From the sequence record NC_049383.1: DNA of 64,000 bases; one strand, 5' to 3'. The translations under genes were made by a program, and so were the position numbers. Below, piece by piece: positions 47,904 to 58,031 of the stretch (its first letter is position 1; each line of letters starts with the position of its first letter). Under the pieces are notes generated by a model. It was not told the origin of the DNA. It ran no database searches and saw nothing but the letters and a program-made list of their open reading frames with translations.

Positions 47904-48344
47904 ATGAATAAAAACGAGGAATCTAAACAAAATATATGTCACCTAGAGTCGTTACAGAAAGCACATGAACCTGTAATTATAGGAAATGCAGAATCGGGTG
48001 TGGCATCTTTAAAACATTTAGCTTGTCATGAAATGGGAAGTCCTTTATTACCATCAATGCCATCTATGAGTGTGGAAGACCCCGAACGAGGTCTTAATAT
48101 TATAAGTGATGATGTCGAAACATATTCAGAAACTATTGAACGCTTTGGTAAAACATTTAAAATAACAGCAAATTCTATTGAAGAATTAAAGCAAGATGTT
48201 TCAAATTTTTATGAGAGTCAAGAATCTTATTATGGGTGTCGCTCAATGAGTGCTAAGGGTCATACTACGAGTCATAAGAATATGTTAAAGATTCGTAAAA
48301 GTAAGAACCGAAAAAGAAGAAAGAACCGTAAAACACACAGATAA
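47904..48344 (+). CDS. Hypothetical protein with basic tail
   Basis: ATG 47904 after TATATTTG. Confidence 0.5.
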   Translation: MNKNEESKQNICHLESLQKAHEPVIIGNAESGVASLKHLACHEMGSPLLPSMPSMSVEDPERGLNIISDDVETYSETIERFGKTFKITANSIEELKQDVSNFYESQESYYGCRSMSAKGHTTSHKNMLKIRKSKNRKRRKNRKTHR

Positions 48345-48353
48345 TATTAAAAT

Positions 48354-48983
48354 ATGAAAATGAAAGAAACTAATAATATCGAATTAATTAAGAACCTCAT
48401 CGGGTTCATTCATGGTGATGATGATGTTATTTACCATACAGAGATTGTAAAACGTAGGAAAGACCATCCAAATTTGAGTATGAAAAAGGATTCTGTTTCG
48501 TTAGGTCATTACTATATTAAATCTCTTGACCAATATGAAAGAGTGACTGAGGAAATCAAAAACATTTGTGATGTAACTGGTGCTAGAGCTTACATAAATC
48601 TAAATGCTAAATCTATTGAATCTATTGGACGTTTTTTCTCAAAGGAAGTTGCTGAACTATCTTCTACAGATTCTTATAAGAAAATGATGTCTATTTATCC
48701 ATCATGTGTTGGTAAACAAACAGTTAAGAAAGGTTACAATAAGATGTGGTTAATTGATTGTGATGGTATTAACGTTATTCAAGATAGAGAGCTTGTTAAT
48801 CATTTAATTACTTTAAGACCAATTGGAGAAGATAAGGTAATTGAGTATATCCCAACACCTAATGGTTATCATTTGATTACTAAACCATTTGATTTAGGTC
48901 GTTTTGATATTGACTTTTTAAAGATGGATGATGTTAAGAAAAATTCACCAACTTTACTTTATTCACCAATCTTAAAAAAATAA
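48354..48983 (+). CDS. Hypothetical phage protein, possibly primase-polymerase (AEP)-like
   Basis: WLIDCD and PTPNGYHLIT resemble AEP DxD and sGxH motifs. Confidence 0.4.
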   Translation: MKMKETNNIELIKNLIGFIHGDDDVIYHTEIVKRRKDHPNLSMKKDSVSLGHYYIKSLDQYERVTEEIKNICDVTGARAYINLNAKSIESIGRFFSKEVAELSSTDSYKKMMSIYPSCVGKQTVKKGYNKMWLIDCDGINVIQDRELVNHLITLRPIGEDKVIEYIPTPNGYHLITKPFDLGRFDIDFLKMDDVKKNSPTLLYSPILKK

Positions 48984-49061
48984 ATTAAAAATATCTTTGT
49001 TATTTAGATAAAATTATTTATCTTTGGCTATAAAGGGATTTATTAACTAAAAATTAGAAAA

Positions 49062-49547
49062 ATGAAGAAAATCTTATTAATTTTGCTAGTCATGTTTTCG
49101 TTAAACACTAGCGCACAGTACATTACAAACACAGATTATAGCCATATAGTTAGTGTTTTCAGAGATACAAACGGTTCATTCGGTCTTGCATTGACACAAG
49201 ATTATGAAAAGTTTTACATGGGGTTAGAGGTTGAAAATTTATATAACCCTAATTATTTCATGATGTTCAACTTTTTATGTAGTGCAGGATATAATGTTAG
49301 GGGCAATGATTGGGTTTTACGTTTTGGTGGTCGTTTAGGTTTCGCAAATGTGAATTATAAAGCAAGAAGACCTGCTATTGGTGGTGAGGTTTCATTAGAG
49401 CAATATATTGATAAGTCTAATAGTATTTACTTGGGTGTTAAAGTAACATCCGACTATTATATTAACTATCACAATTTAGAAACGAACGAACTTGAAAATG
49501 GATTTATTAGTAAATTATTTTTCAGAGTAGGGTATAAAATTAATTAA
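49062..49547 (+). CDS. Outer-membrane beta-barrel-like protein
   Basis: Sec signal (SLNTSA-Q), alternating aromatic/Gly strands, C-terminal FRVGYKI. Confidence 0.6.
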   Translation: MKKILLILLVMFSLNTSAQYITNTDYSHIVSVFRDTNGSFGLALTQDYEKFYMGLEVENLYNPNYFMMFNFLCSAGYNVRGNDWVLRFGGRLGFANVNYKARRPAIGGEVSLEQYIDKSNSIYLGVKVTSDYYINYHNLETNELENGFISKLFFRVGYKIN

Positions 49548-49557
49548 ATACAAATAT

Positions 49558-49965
49558 ATGAATAAAGTTTTAAATGTCTCAGAGGAAGACAAAAGAGGTA
49601 TCAGAAAGGCAATAAAAAAGTCTTTTGGAAAAGTAAAGATTTCTTATTTCGTTAGAAGAACAAAAAGAAATATCACAGTTGATAATCAACCATACACACT
49701 AAGAACAATTTTACAAAATTGGGAAACATTTAGTAAATCATTGAAAAATAATGATTTGGGTGCATTTTCTGTTCCTGATGAGCATTATAAATTGATGGCT
49801 TATGAAATGGGTATTGGTGCTGATAGAAACTTTATTCTATACTTTGATGATATGCCATTCGTTAATATCGTTTCACAATCTAAATCAGAAGAGGTTTCTA
49901 AAAAGATTGAGGAAGTTGGTATGATGGAAGCATTAGAAGAAGGTTCAGCCGATGTCAAAGAATAA
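49558..49965 (+). CDS. Hypothetical protein
   Basis: Operon ORF. Confidence 0.55.
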   Translation: MNKVLNVSEEDKRGIRKAIKKSFGKVKISYFVRRTKRNITVDNQPYTLRTILQNWETFSKSLKNNDLGAFSVPDEHYKLMAYEMGIGADRNFILYFDDMPFVNIVSQSKSEEVSKKIEEVGMMEALEEGSADVKE

Positions 49966-50308
49966 ATTTATATTACAATTCCGTGATAAAAACTGGTCGC
50001 ACAGGAACATCACGGAATTGTCTTTTCCAAAAACACATGATTTCATACGTAGGAATTGGAATAATATTGTACGTATGCATAATGAAAGTTTAGAAAAGCA
50101 AAAAGGAAAGCTTTTTAAGAAGCCTATGGAGTTAACTATTTCTGATGTTGATTTGGCATTGGGAATATCGGAAGAATTGGGAATCGATTTAACAAAGGAT
50201 AAAATTGATTTTTTACATAAAGGAGCAAATTTATTTAGTTTAGAGTATGAAAATAATGACACCACGGAAACAGATGAGGAATCTGAAAAGGATGGTAAAT
50301 CGTCCTGA
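49952..50308 (+). CDS. Hypothetical protein
   Basis: Overlapping operon ORF. Confidence 0.5.
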   Translation: MSKNKFILQFRDKNWSHRNITELSFPKTHDFIRRNWNNIVRMHNESLEKQKGKLFKKPMELTISDVDLALGISEELGIDLTKDKIDFLHKGANLFSLEYENNDTTETDEESEKDGKSS

Positions 50309-50681
50309 GAATAGGTTTATTAAACAAATTGTTGAAGATTATTATAAAAGCTTCATTGATGAATTTAATACACTTGAAAATCAAAATAAAATAACATCAC
50401 CAAGAGACTATGTTATAAAACAAAGTAGTATAACAATAAATCACTTATCGTTTGTGTGTTATATTGAACAAACCGATATGATTATTAAAAGTTTATCTTA
50501 TAAAATAACATTAGAACTTGCTAAACTAGGTTGGAATGTTAATAATGTTGATGTTAGTTTTAGGAGTAGTGTGATAATTGATGATAATGTAACTGTAAAT
50601 TCTGTTAGAATTATTACTGAAATGAATATGATACCATTATCATTATGTGGTAGGTTAAGAATTAAATTATTTGGATTATGA
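50292..50681 (+). CDS. Hypothetical protein
   Basis: ATG 50292 preferred. Confidence 0.5.
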   Translation: MVNRPENRFIKQIVEDYYKSFIDEFNTLENQNKITSPRDYVIKQSSITINHLSFVCYIEQTDMIIKSLSYKITLELAKLGWNVNNVDVSFRSSVIIDDNVTVNSVRIITEMNMIPLSLCGRLRIKLFGL

Positions 50682-51076
50682 TAAGTTTAAGCGATTTAGT
50701 AACATATAACCTTGAACATAAGGAAAAAATGAAATTGTATTGTAGGCAATTCATTGAGACACATTCTAAAGGGTTAACAAAGGCTATCAAAGAACATTGG
50801 AAAAATGAAGATAATCATTATAATATTGGTTATGACTTTTTCCAAGTAGAATCTACAGTAGAATATAAGTACTCTAAGTATGAACTTTTCAAGAAAAGAA
50901 AGAAACTTTTCGAAGATGAAACGTATAAATCTTATCTAAAAAGTGAAATGAGAAAATATTTAGAAAAAAGAGGATGGGAATTTCAGTTTGTAAGTTGCTC
51001 AACTACAAGCACTTTGAAATGTGAAAAGACATATTTTTATATAACAATGAAAATTTCTTTGAAGAAAAAGTCATAA
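50678..51076 (+). CDS. Hypothetical protein
   Basis: ATGA overlap; followed by terminator/promoter. Confidence 0.55.
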   Translation: MISLSDLVTYNLEHKEKMKLYCRQFIETHSKGLTKAIKEHWKNEDNHYNIGYDFFQVESTVEYKYSKYELFKKRKKLFEDETYKSYLKSEMRKYLEKRGWEFQFVSCSTTSTLKCEKTYFYITMKISLKKKS

Positions 51077-51133
51077 AAATTTTGTTATGACTTTTTCTTT
51101 TCATATATTTGTATAGAATTAAAAAATATAAAA

Positions 51134-51826
51134 ATGTATAAATTAACAGAAACTTTAAAAGAACAATGTGAAATCGTAGTTAAATACGGTACTAAAAAAC
51201 TTGAAACAGGATTCAAAGGCAAGTCAGTTAAATCTGATGATTTTTTATCAAACATTTTCATGGAGCTAGAAAGCTTAAATGTTAATAGAACTAACAACAA
51301 AATTGCTAATTATATCAAATGGTTCATTAAATATGATGGTTCTTGGGATTGTGTAAAAGAATATTTACAATCTGAAAAGGAACGTATGAACAAAGATAAG
51401 TTCACAAGATTTGAACACTATTATAGTGAAGACTTATTCTTAGTTATGGATGTGTTTAAAAAGATGGAAGTTGATTTGTATGATTTCCATACATATTTAG
51501 AAAATATGTCTATTTTAAATGATTTGAGTCCTGAAAATTTAAAGTATTGTATCGATAATGAATTTCTTGATATTTGGAACATATTCGATACTAATTTCAG
51601 AGGAACAATTTTAACTCATTATACGGGAGAATCTGATGAACAATTGATTTTTAAAACTTCTAAAAAAGATTGTGAAGAATTTTCATACTATGTTCCTAGA
51701 GTTAGAAAAATAGACCATTACTGTTTTGATTCTTTTGAAAGTGCAATGACATCGGCTATATTCGGTGGTAGATTTGAAGATACTTTAGGTGTATTATTAA
51801 ATCAAGTTAAAAACGAAAATCAATAA
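51134..51826 (+). CDS. Hypothetical protein
   Basis: After TTTG-19-TATATTTG (51081-51111). Confidence 0.6.
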   Translation: MYKLTETLKEQCEIVVKYGTKKLETGFKGKSVKSDDFLSNIFMELESLNVNRTNNKIANYIKWFIKYDGSWDCVKEYLQSEKERMNKDKFTRFEHYYSEDLFLVMDVFKKMEVDLYDFHTYLENMSILNDLSPENLKYCIDNEFLDIWNIFDTNFRGTILTHYTGESDEQLIFKTSKKDCEEFSYYVPRVRKIDHYCFDSFESAMTSAIFGGRFEDTLGVLLNQVKNENQ

Positions 51827-51830
51827 TATT

Positions 51831-52052
51831 ATGCAAGGAAATGTCGAAATCAAAGATTATGAATATGATAAACACTTAATTCTAGTAGGTCTTCAAATGG
51901 TAGGTTTACGAGTGGATTATCAAACAGCAGACCTAATTGATGAGGTTATCACTAAAGTAAAAAGTGGCGAGCTTAAAGATATGGAACAAGCTATTGAACT
52001 GAAAGTCAGACATGAAGAGAAATACAAAAAATATTTCGAATCAAAAGAGTAA
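51831..52052 (+). CDS. Hypothetical protein
   Basis: Operon ORF. Confidence 0.55.
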   Translation: MQGNVEIKDYEYDKHLILVGLQMVGLRVDYQTADLIDEVITKVKSGELKDMEQAIELKVRHEEKYKKYFESKE

Positions 52053-52138
52053 TTTTTTTTAAAAATAAATGAAAAACCTTTGGTGGAAAGCCAAAGGTTT
52101 TTTATATTTGTATAGATTTAATAACTAAAACAAATAAA

Positions 52139-52327
52139 ATGAATACAGAAGTAACAATCACAGCAAAAGATAAAGCGAGAATGAAATCAGTAAACTATGC
52201 TAGATTAGCAAGAAGAAATAAAGCTATGATTTCTAAAGCTAGAGAAATGGGTTACAAAGGAATTTCAGAAGTTACTAACGAGGAACACAAGGCTATTCTT
52301 AAAGAAGTATTCGAAACAATAAAATAA
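52139..52327 (+). CDS. Hypothetical early protein
   Basis: After TTTG-20-TATATTTG (52079-52110). Confidence 0.6.
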   Translation: MNTEVTITAKDKARMKSVNYARLARRNKAMISKAREMGYKGISEVTNEEHKAILKEVFETIK

Positions 52328-52345
52328 TATAAAACAAAAATAAAA

Positions 52346-52552
52346 ATGCAAAATTTAGTAGGTCAAACAATCGTAGCAAATGTAACATCAAGTAGTTCAT
52401 TTTATAAAAAAGTAGAAGGTGTTGTTATTGAAGATAAAGGTGATAGATTGGAAATACAAGCAACTAGAGTTATTTCTAACTGGTCTAGTGAATGGAAAAA
52501 CCATCCTACAAGTTGTGCAATGAGTGTTTTAAGAACAAATTTAATAAAATAA
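52346..52552 (+). CDS. Hypothetical protein (small beta-barrel-like)
   Basis: LVGQTI...VEGVVIE pattern. Confidence 0.55.
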   Translation: MQNLVGQTIVANVTSSSSFYKKVEGVVIEDKGDRLEIQATRVISNWSSEWKNHPTSCAMSVLRTNLIK

Positions 52553-52565
52553 AAATCAAACAAAA

Positions 52566-52916
52566 ATGGCAATTAAGACTATTGATGCAAAAGAAATTAC
52601 AACGAAACAGGAATTTTTCGATTTAGTAAAAACATTAGACCCAAAATGTGGTCAAGACATAAGAGTTAATCTACCTGATAATTGTTTTTATAAGTGCTTT
52701 GTTTTAGAGCATAGTGATGATGATAGCTACGGTAATGAAAAAGGTTATAGTTATACACTTTCGTATAATTTGAATGTTTCGGGAAGAACAGGTTATGATT
52801 TTCCTATGATTGGTTCAACTGATATGGTTAAAACATTTAAGACAAAAAGCGGATGTATCAGGAGACTTGTAAAAAACATCGATTGGATAAATGATTCTAA
52901 ATTTATACAAGGGTAA
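52566..52916 (+). CDS. Hypothetical protein
   Basis: Operon ORF. Confidence 0.55.
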   Translation: MAIKTIDAKEITTKQEFFDLVKTLDPKCGQDIRVNLPDNCFYKCFVLEHSDDDSYGNEKGYSYTLSYNLNVSGRTGYDFPMIGSTDMVKTFKTKSGCIRRLVKNIDWINDSKFIQG

Positions 52917-52918
52917 AT

Positions 52919-53305
52919 ATGAAAGTTATAAAAGTAAAACCTGTTATTAGTGATGGTATGACTAGACAGAAAATTTCGGAAAAGATTAAAAATATTATTT
53001 CAAGTAGAGAAGTTATTTATAATGATATTGGAACACTTAGTGTTAATGATATTAAAGTTAAAATAGCTTATATAAAGGGTATTAAGGAAGGAAATGTTAA
53101 CTTTTGTTATACAAACACTAAAGATAAAACCATCGATATAAATTCTAAGATAATGATTGATTATCGAAAATTCGGTGAGTTTGAATCTAGACCTAGAATA
53201 AATCAAGGTTTTGAATTAGATGCTGTTTATGTTGGTGTTAAGAAATTAACATTAGATATGACAAAAGATATTATACAATATGTTACTAATTTTTTAACTG
53301 ATTAG
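52919..53305 (+). CDS. Hypothetical protein
   Basis: Operon ORF, TAG stop. Confidence 0.55.
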   Translation: MKVIKVKPVISDGMTRQKISEKIKNIISSREVIYNDIGTLSVNDIKVKIAYIKGIKEGNVNFCYTNTKDKTIDINSKIMIDYRKFGEFESRPRINQGFELDAVYVGVKKLTLDMTKDIIQYVTNFLTD

Positions 53306-53417
53306 TTTTCATTTTTTATTTTTTAATTGATGGAGAAAAATTCGACTTTTTTAGTCGAATTTTTTGTTCTATTAAATAAAAAAGTTGTATATTAGCACTA
53401 TCAAAAATATAATAAAA

Positions 53418-54023
53418 ATGAAAACATTAAACGAAAAAATAGAAGATATTAGATTACTTACTGAAATTCACGAAGTTAACACTTCTAGAATAGTTTATTT
53501 ACCCGAATTAGTTGAAGTAGGTCACTTGATGGGTGAATCTGTTTATGTAAATTCTATTAGTGGAAACTTTTATTCTGAAAGAATTACAGCAGGTGTTTTA
53601 TTTAATCAACAGCCTGACGATTTTTATGGCACAAGTTTTAAAGGACATGGTTGGTTAACAATAGCAGGTTTTGAGTGTGAAGATGAAGATTATGTTGATA
53701 TAGTATTGAATGATGATTGGTTAAATCGTATTTATGATACTTTATTCTCTGATGAACAATTTTTGGCAACACAACTTTATCATAGAGAAAATGAATCTAG
53801 ATTTAGTCACAAATCATATGATGTGTTAGGTTGGGAAAAATATTTGATGTATAATGAAGCAAAAGCATTTATAGACAAATACCAAAACCATTTCGGTGAA
53901 TCATATGATTTAAATACTTACAACGAAATGGTTACTGACGGTGAAGAAAAGTATATTGAAAAGTGTAGAAAAAGAAATGAGACTATGATGAAAATAATGG
54001 GCGAAATGGACTTAAAATTATAA
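53418..54023 (+). CDS. Hypothetical protein
   Basis: ATG 53418 after TATATTAG variant box. Confidence 0.6.
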   Translation: MKTLNEKIEDIRLLTEIHEVNTSRIVYLPELVEVGHLMGESVYVNSISGNFYSERITAGVLFNQQPDDFYGTSFKGHGWLTIAGFECEDEDYVDIVLNDDWLNRIYDTLFSDEQFLATQLYHRENESRFSHKSYDVLGWEKYLMYNEAKAFIDKYQNHFGESYDLNTYNEMVTDGEEKYIEKCRKRNETMMKIMGEMDLKL

Positions 54024-54026
54024 ATT

Positions 54027-54476
54027 ATGAATAACAATATTTTAATAGGTGATTTTGACCGAACAAAAAGGTATTATGCAACTAAAGGTAGTTCACAATA
54101 TAAACTAGGATTCGATACTTATGATGAATGTATGGAATGGATTAAAGGTCAACAGTTAAAGACTTCAAATTTAAATGGTTATCATCCAACATTTGGTGCT
54201 TTAACAACTATGAAATACACATTTTCATTTGATGAGTTGATGAATGTTATTGAGCAAATTGGTGAAATAGAATTACCGAATGATGTTGATGATAATGGTA
54301 ATAGAATTTATGTTGATGGTATTTATCCAGTAACATTTATGAGACGTGATGAAAAAGGAAATTTCATGTTTCGTTTCAATGGGTTTTCGTTACATAAATC
54401 ACAAAGTTCAATAGGATGTGTTTATGATGCGATTGTTGAGGTTTTAAACTATTTGAAAACAGAAAATTATTTCTAG
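54027..54476 (+). CDS. Hypothetical protein
   Basis: Operon ORF, TAG stop. Confidence 0.55.
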   Translation: MNNNILIGDFDRTKRYYATKGSSQYKLGFDTYDECMEWIKGQQLKTSNLNGYHPTFGALTTMKYTFSFDELMNVIEQIGEIELPNDVDDNGNRIYVDGIYPVTFMRRDEKGNFMFRFNGFSLHKSQSSIGCVYDAIVEVLNYLKTENYF

Positions 54477-54477
54477 T

Positions 54478-55131
54478 ATGTATATATTTGCGTTAACAAA
54501 AAGAGGTGACAGAACCAACATAAAAAGTAACTTTAGAATAGTTGATTTAGATGAGGTTGTTAAAATAATTAATTCAAGTTCATCAAATTATAATTCCATA
54601 AGGTTTGCAAAATTAAATGGAACAACATATACTATGTTATATCATGAAAATGGAACTGTAGAGAATATTAATAAAATGGGTATGATTGATTTTGAGCATA
54701 TTTTTGTACCAAAAGGTTTTTGTCTTTTGAGTAAAGATAAAGTTGATATGCACTTTAAGAAAGAAATTTCAGACAAATATGGAACTGAAAATGTAGAAGA
54801 GAAACCTGTTAAATTAAAAGATGTTGAGGTAGGTAAGATTTACAAAAATAATCGTTTAGGACATTGTGTTTATGCAGGTGAATATGCACTTTTTAAAGGT
54901 AGAAATATGGATGAACTTAAAAAGCAAGGTCATTGTTTTATTTCAGTCACATATAATGAGCGTACTGGTAAATTTAATTCATTTGATACATGGGATGAGA
55001 ATAAATTCAATATCACAAAATCATTCCCTAAAGTATTTGAATCTGATAAAGGTTTTATAAGATTCATACCAAAAGAGTTTGAAAGTGTTTCACATTCATA
55101 TAGAAAATGGAAAGTTAAAAAAGTAGAATAA
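54478..55131 (+). CDS. Hypothetical protein
   Basis: Operon ORF. Confidence 0.55.
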   Translation: MYIFALTKRGDRTNIKSNFRIVDLDEVVKIINSSSSNYNSIRFAKLNGTTYTMLYHENGTVENINKMGMIDFEHIFVPKGFCLLSKDKVDMHFKKEISDKYGTENVEEKPVKLKDVEVGKIYKNNRLGHCVYAGEYALFKGRNMDELKKQGHCFISVTYNERTGKFNSFDTWDENKFNITKSFPKVFESDKGFIRFIPKEFESVSHSYRKWKVKKVE

Positions 55132-55132
55132 A

Positions 55133-55345
55133 ATGAAAAAACTAAAAAAATTAATAGGTAAGTGTGTGAATTATAATTTGAATATTTCATTCACTCATCA
55201 AAGGATAAATGACTATTCTATTGAGATTTATAAACCTCATTCGAAAGGTCAACCGCCATTATTTTATACTGACGGTCATATAGACGCGAAAAAAGCAATT
55301 AAAAAAGGTTTGAAATTCATCAAATCTTATAACCCTAAAAACTAG
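55133..55345 (+). CDS. Hypothetical protein
   Basis: Operon ORF, TAG stop. Confidence 0.55.
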   Translation: MKKLKKLIGKCVNYNLNISFTHQRINDYSIEIYKPHSKGQPPLFYTDGHIDAKKAIKKGLKFIKSYNPKN

Positions 55346-55353
55346 AATTATTT

Positions 55354-56838
55354 ATGGATTTACCCACTATTTCAGAACTTTACGCACAAGCAATTGAGTT
55401 AGTTAAAACAAACCAAATGGTACAAGGTGGTTTAGTATTTTCAACACTAACATCATTTTTCTTATCATTACCGAGATATATTTTACCTTGGCTTAAAAGA
55501 CTTTATGAACGTATTGAACGTTTGGTTGTATTCTCAGTAACTATTGAACAGACAGATGATTTATTTTATTATTTTGAGCATTGGTTGTATAATAATTATG
55601 AGACGAAGTATAGGAATGTTGAGGCTGTTGTAAAATTTAACGGTGCTTATTCATCCAATTATGATTTATTAAGTGGTGAATTTATAGAAAAAGAGGATGA
55701 GAAGGTTCATTTTAGACAGTTTGAAGACCTTTTCTATTTCCGTAAAGGACTAAACTTCATTAGGATTTTTAAAGGTCGTGAGAAGCTTGAAAACGCAAAT
55801 AGTATTGATAATGCACATTTCAATAAGTTTCATATTAGTGGGTTATTTGCTAAGAAAGCAATCACAAAATTAATAAAAGATATTCATGAAGAAGCCAAGA
55901 CTAAAATGGTTGAGATTAGACAAAAATCAATTGAAGTTTTTTCATCAAGTAGTTACGGTGATTGGATTAGAGAAACTGTTGTAGAGCCTAAGAAATTGGA
56001 AAATATTATTATTGAGGGTAAGGAAGCTCTTATGGCTGATATGGAAGAATTTGTTAATAGAAAGTCGTGGTACAGAGAGAATGAATTAATGTATAAGCGT
56101 GGCTATCTTTTTACTGGTAATGCAGGAACAGGTAAAACAACTATGATAATGTCGCTTTCTAGACACTTTAATAGACCTATTTATTTTCTTCAATTAAATA
56201 ACATTGATGATAATAATTTAAGAACAGCTTTTCGTAATTTACCACCGAAATCATTTTTAGTAGTTGAAGATGCTGACTCAGCTTTCGATAAAAGAAAATC
56301 AAAGTCTAAGTTTTCATTCTCAACATTCTTAAACTGTTTAGATGGTGCATTTTCTGCTGATGATGTGATGGTTATTTTCACAACAAATCACCCTGAAAAA
56401 TTAGACCATGCATTACTAAGAAAGGGTAGAATGGATTTCAAAATGGAGTTTAAAAGACCCTCAAAAAGTTATGTAGAAAAATTCTTAAATAGATTTTATA
56501 AAGATGTTGATTCTAAAGAATTAGTTCTACCATCAGATTATAATGGTATGATTCCAATGGTTGATGTTCAGGATAGTTGTATTTCAAATATCAATGACCA
56601 TGAAAAAGCTATTGCTAAAATTATTGAATCTGATAAATTTGTTATGTTGAATGGTGACCCTAAAGACGATGTTATTAACTTCGATGTTAATGAAAAAGAT
56701 GATAAAGGTTTGAAAAAATATAGTAAAAAGGATAAGAATAAGAAAAAGAAGAAGAAGAAGAAGAAGACGGAAAATAATGTTGAAAGTGAAGAGCAAAATA
56801 AACTTACAGAATCATATAAAAAACATAGAAGAGGTTAA
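55354..56838 (+). CDS. BCS1-like AAA+ ATPase with N-terminal membrane segment
   Basis: WY....YKRGYLFTGNAGTGKT (Walker A), LVVED (Walker B), FSTFLNCLDG, FTTNHPEKLDHALLRKGRMD. Confidence 0.85.
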   Translation: MDLPTISELYAQAIELVKTNQMVQGGLVFSTLTSFFLSLPRYILPWLKRLYERIERLVVFSVTIEQTDDLFYYFEHWLYNNYETKYRNVEAVVKFNGAYSSNYDLLSGEFIEKEDEKVHFRQFEDLFYFRKGLNFIRIFKGREKLENANSIDNAHFNKFHISGLFAKKAITKLIKDIHEEAKTKMVEIRQKSIEVFSSSSYGDWIRETVVEPKKLENIIIEGKEALMADMEEFVNRKSWYRENELMYKRGYLFTGNAGTGKTTMIMSLSRHFNRPIYFLQLNNIDDNNLRTAFRNLPPKSFLVVEDADSAFDKRKSKSKFSFSTFLNCLDGAFSADDVMVIFTTNHPEKLDHALLRKGRMDFKMEFKRPSKSYVEKFLNRFYKDVDSKELVLPSDYNGMIPMVDVQDSCISNINDHEKAIAKIIESDKFVMLNGDPKDDVINFDVNEKDDKGLKKYSKKDKNKKKKKKKKKTENNVESEEQNKLTESYKKHRRG

Positions 56839-57266
56839 TGAGTATATTTAAAAAAGAGCCTTTATTTAGAGGTAAGAAGAAAGATACTATTATTGATTAT
56901 ACAGATGATGAAATCAAAGATGTTTTAAGGAACATCTTTGATGGAGTCTATAACAAAGGTGAAATTTTAAAAACATTATCAATAATGGAATGTAGGACGG
57001 ATGATATAAAGCCTTTTTTTGATGAATGTGGTTTAGAAGGATGGTATTATCTTGACCTACAAGATGTATTTCGTGTTATGTCAGCAAACTTTATTATAAA
57101 GTTGGAATTGGATAAAGGTGAACGAACAGATACTATAACTATCCAAAGAGGTAGAAGGGGTAAACAGTTGTATGTTAGAGATATAACTGATGATTTTAAT
57201 AGTATAACAGATAAGTTTAAGGATTTATTAAAACAGTTTAATGATGCAAGAAGTAAAGATGTTTAA
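56838..57266 (+). CDS. Hypothetical protein
   Basis: TAATG coupling. Confidence 0.55.
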   Translation: MSIFKKEPLFRGKKKDTIIDYTDDEIKDVLRNIFDGVYNKGEILKTLSIMECRTDDIKPFFDECGLEGWYYLDLQDVFRVMSANFIIKLELDKGERTDTITIQRGRRGKQLYVRDITDDFNSITDKFKDLLKQFNDARSKDV

Positions 57267-57381
57267 TGATTTATATGATTGGATGGTGATAAATTGGTTA
57301 TATTTTTCATCAAGTTCTTTGATAGTATTTATAATTTTGTTATATTTGCGTAAATTTAAAAACGTAAAACATGAGAAATAA
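57259..57381 (+). CDS. Small membrane protein (40 aa, not in ORF track)
   Basis: MFNDLYDWMVINWLYFSSSSLIVFIILLYLRKFKNVKHEK. Confidence 0.4.
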   Translation: MFNDLYDWMVINWLYFSSSSLIVFIILLYLRKFKNVKHEK

Positions 57382-57970
57382 AGAAATTTTCCAAAAGTAT
57401 AATATACTAAAAGAGATTATGGATGTTCAGAAACATTGTAGAAAAATCATGAATAGTGTTATTCCAATGAATGAATGTAAATCCATAAAGTTTTCTATGA
57501 AAAACTGCCAGTTCGAATTATCATATTTAATTGATAATCTAAAACTTAGTGGTAAAAGAATGAAACCTTCTACAGAAATTTTAGATGCTTGGATTAAATG
57601 TTTGAAAATTTTGAACTTTCTTCGTAATAATCGTATAAAAATAACCAAAGTAAAGAACTATGATGATTGTGTTGAATACTTAACATTTTCAAAAACATTA
57701 ATTTATAAAGCAAGAAGTAATTCAAAACTTGGTTCAATAGATATTTATGATATTGGTTATTGGTCTTCTCACGATGATGTTAAAGAGTTTTTTAACGATT
57801 GTAAAATCTCTACAACAACAAATTCTGTATCATTTACGCATTTAAAAACTTTGAAGGGATTCAGAATTTTATTCGATTGCTCTGAAAAAGTAGAAGTTGA
57901 GAGGCTTGAAGAACAGATTAAAATAAAGGTTTATGAACCTAAACCAAATACAGATATTGATGTTAGCTAA
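57371..57970 (+). CDS. Hypothetical protein
   Basis: 199-aa ORF. Confidence 0.55.
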   Translation: MRNKEIFQKYNILKEIMDVQKHCRKIMNSVIPMNECKSIKFSMKNCQFELSYLIDNLKLSGKRMKPSTEILDAWIKCLKILNFLRNNRIKITKVKNYDDCVEYLTFSKTLIYKARSNSKLGSIDIYDIGYWSSHDDVKEFFNDCKISTTTNSVSFTHLKTLKGFRILFDCSEKVEVERLEEQIKIKVYEPKPNTDIDVS

Positions 57971-58031
57971 ATGTTAAGAAGATTTTGTTTTTATATTGGA
58001 ACTATACAATATATTAATAAATCCAATTAAC

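Noticed and set aside
56741-56768. AAG trinucleotide run as a phase-variable tract
   Set aside because: In-frame triplet repeat encoding poly-Lys in a low-complexity tail; slippage would not change frame
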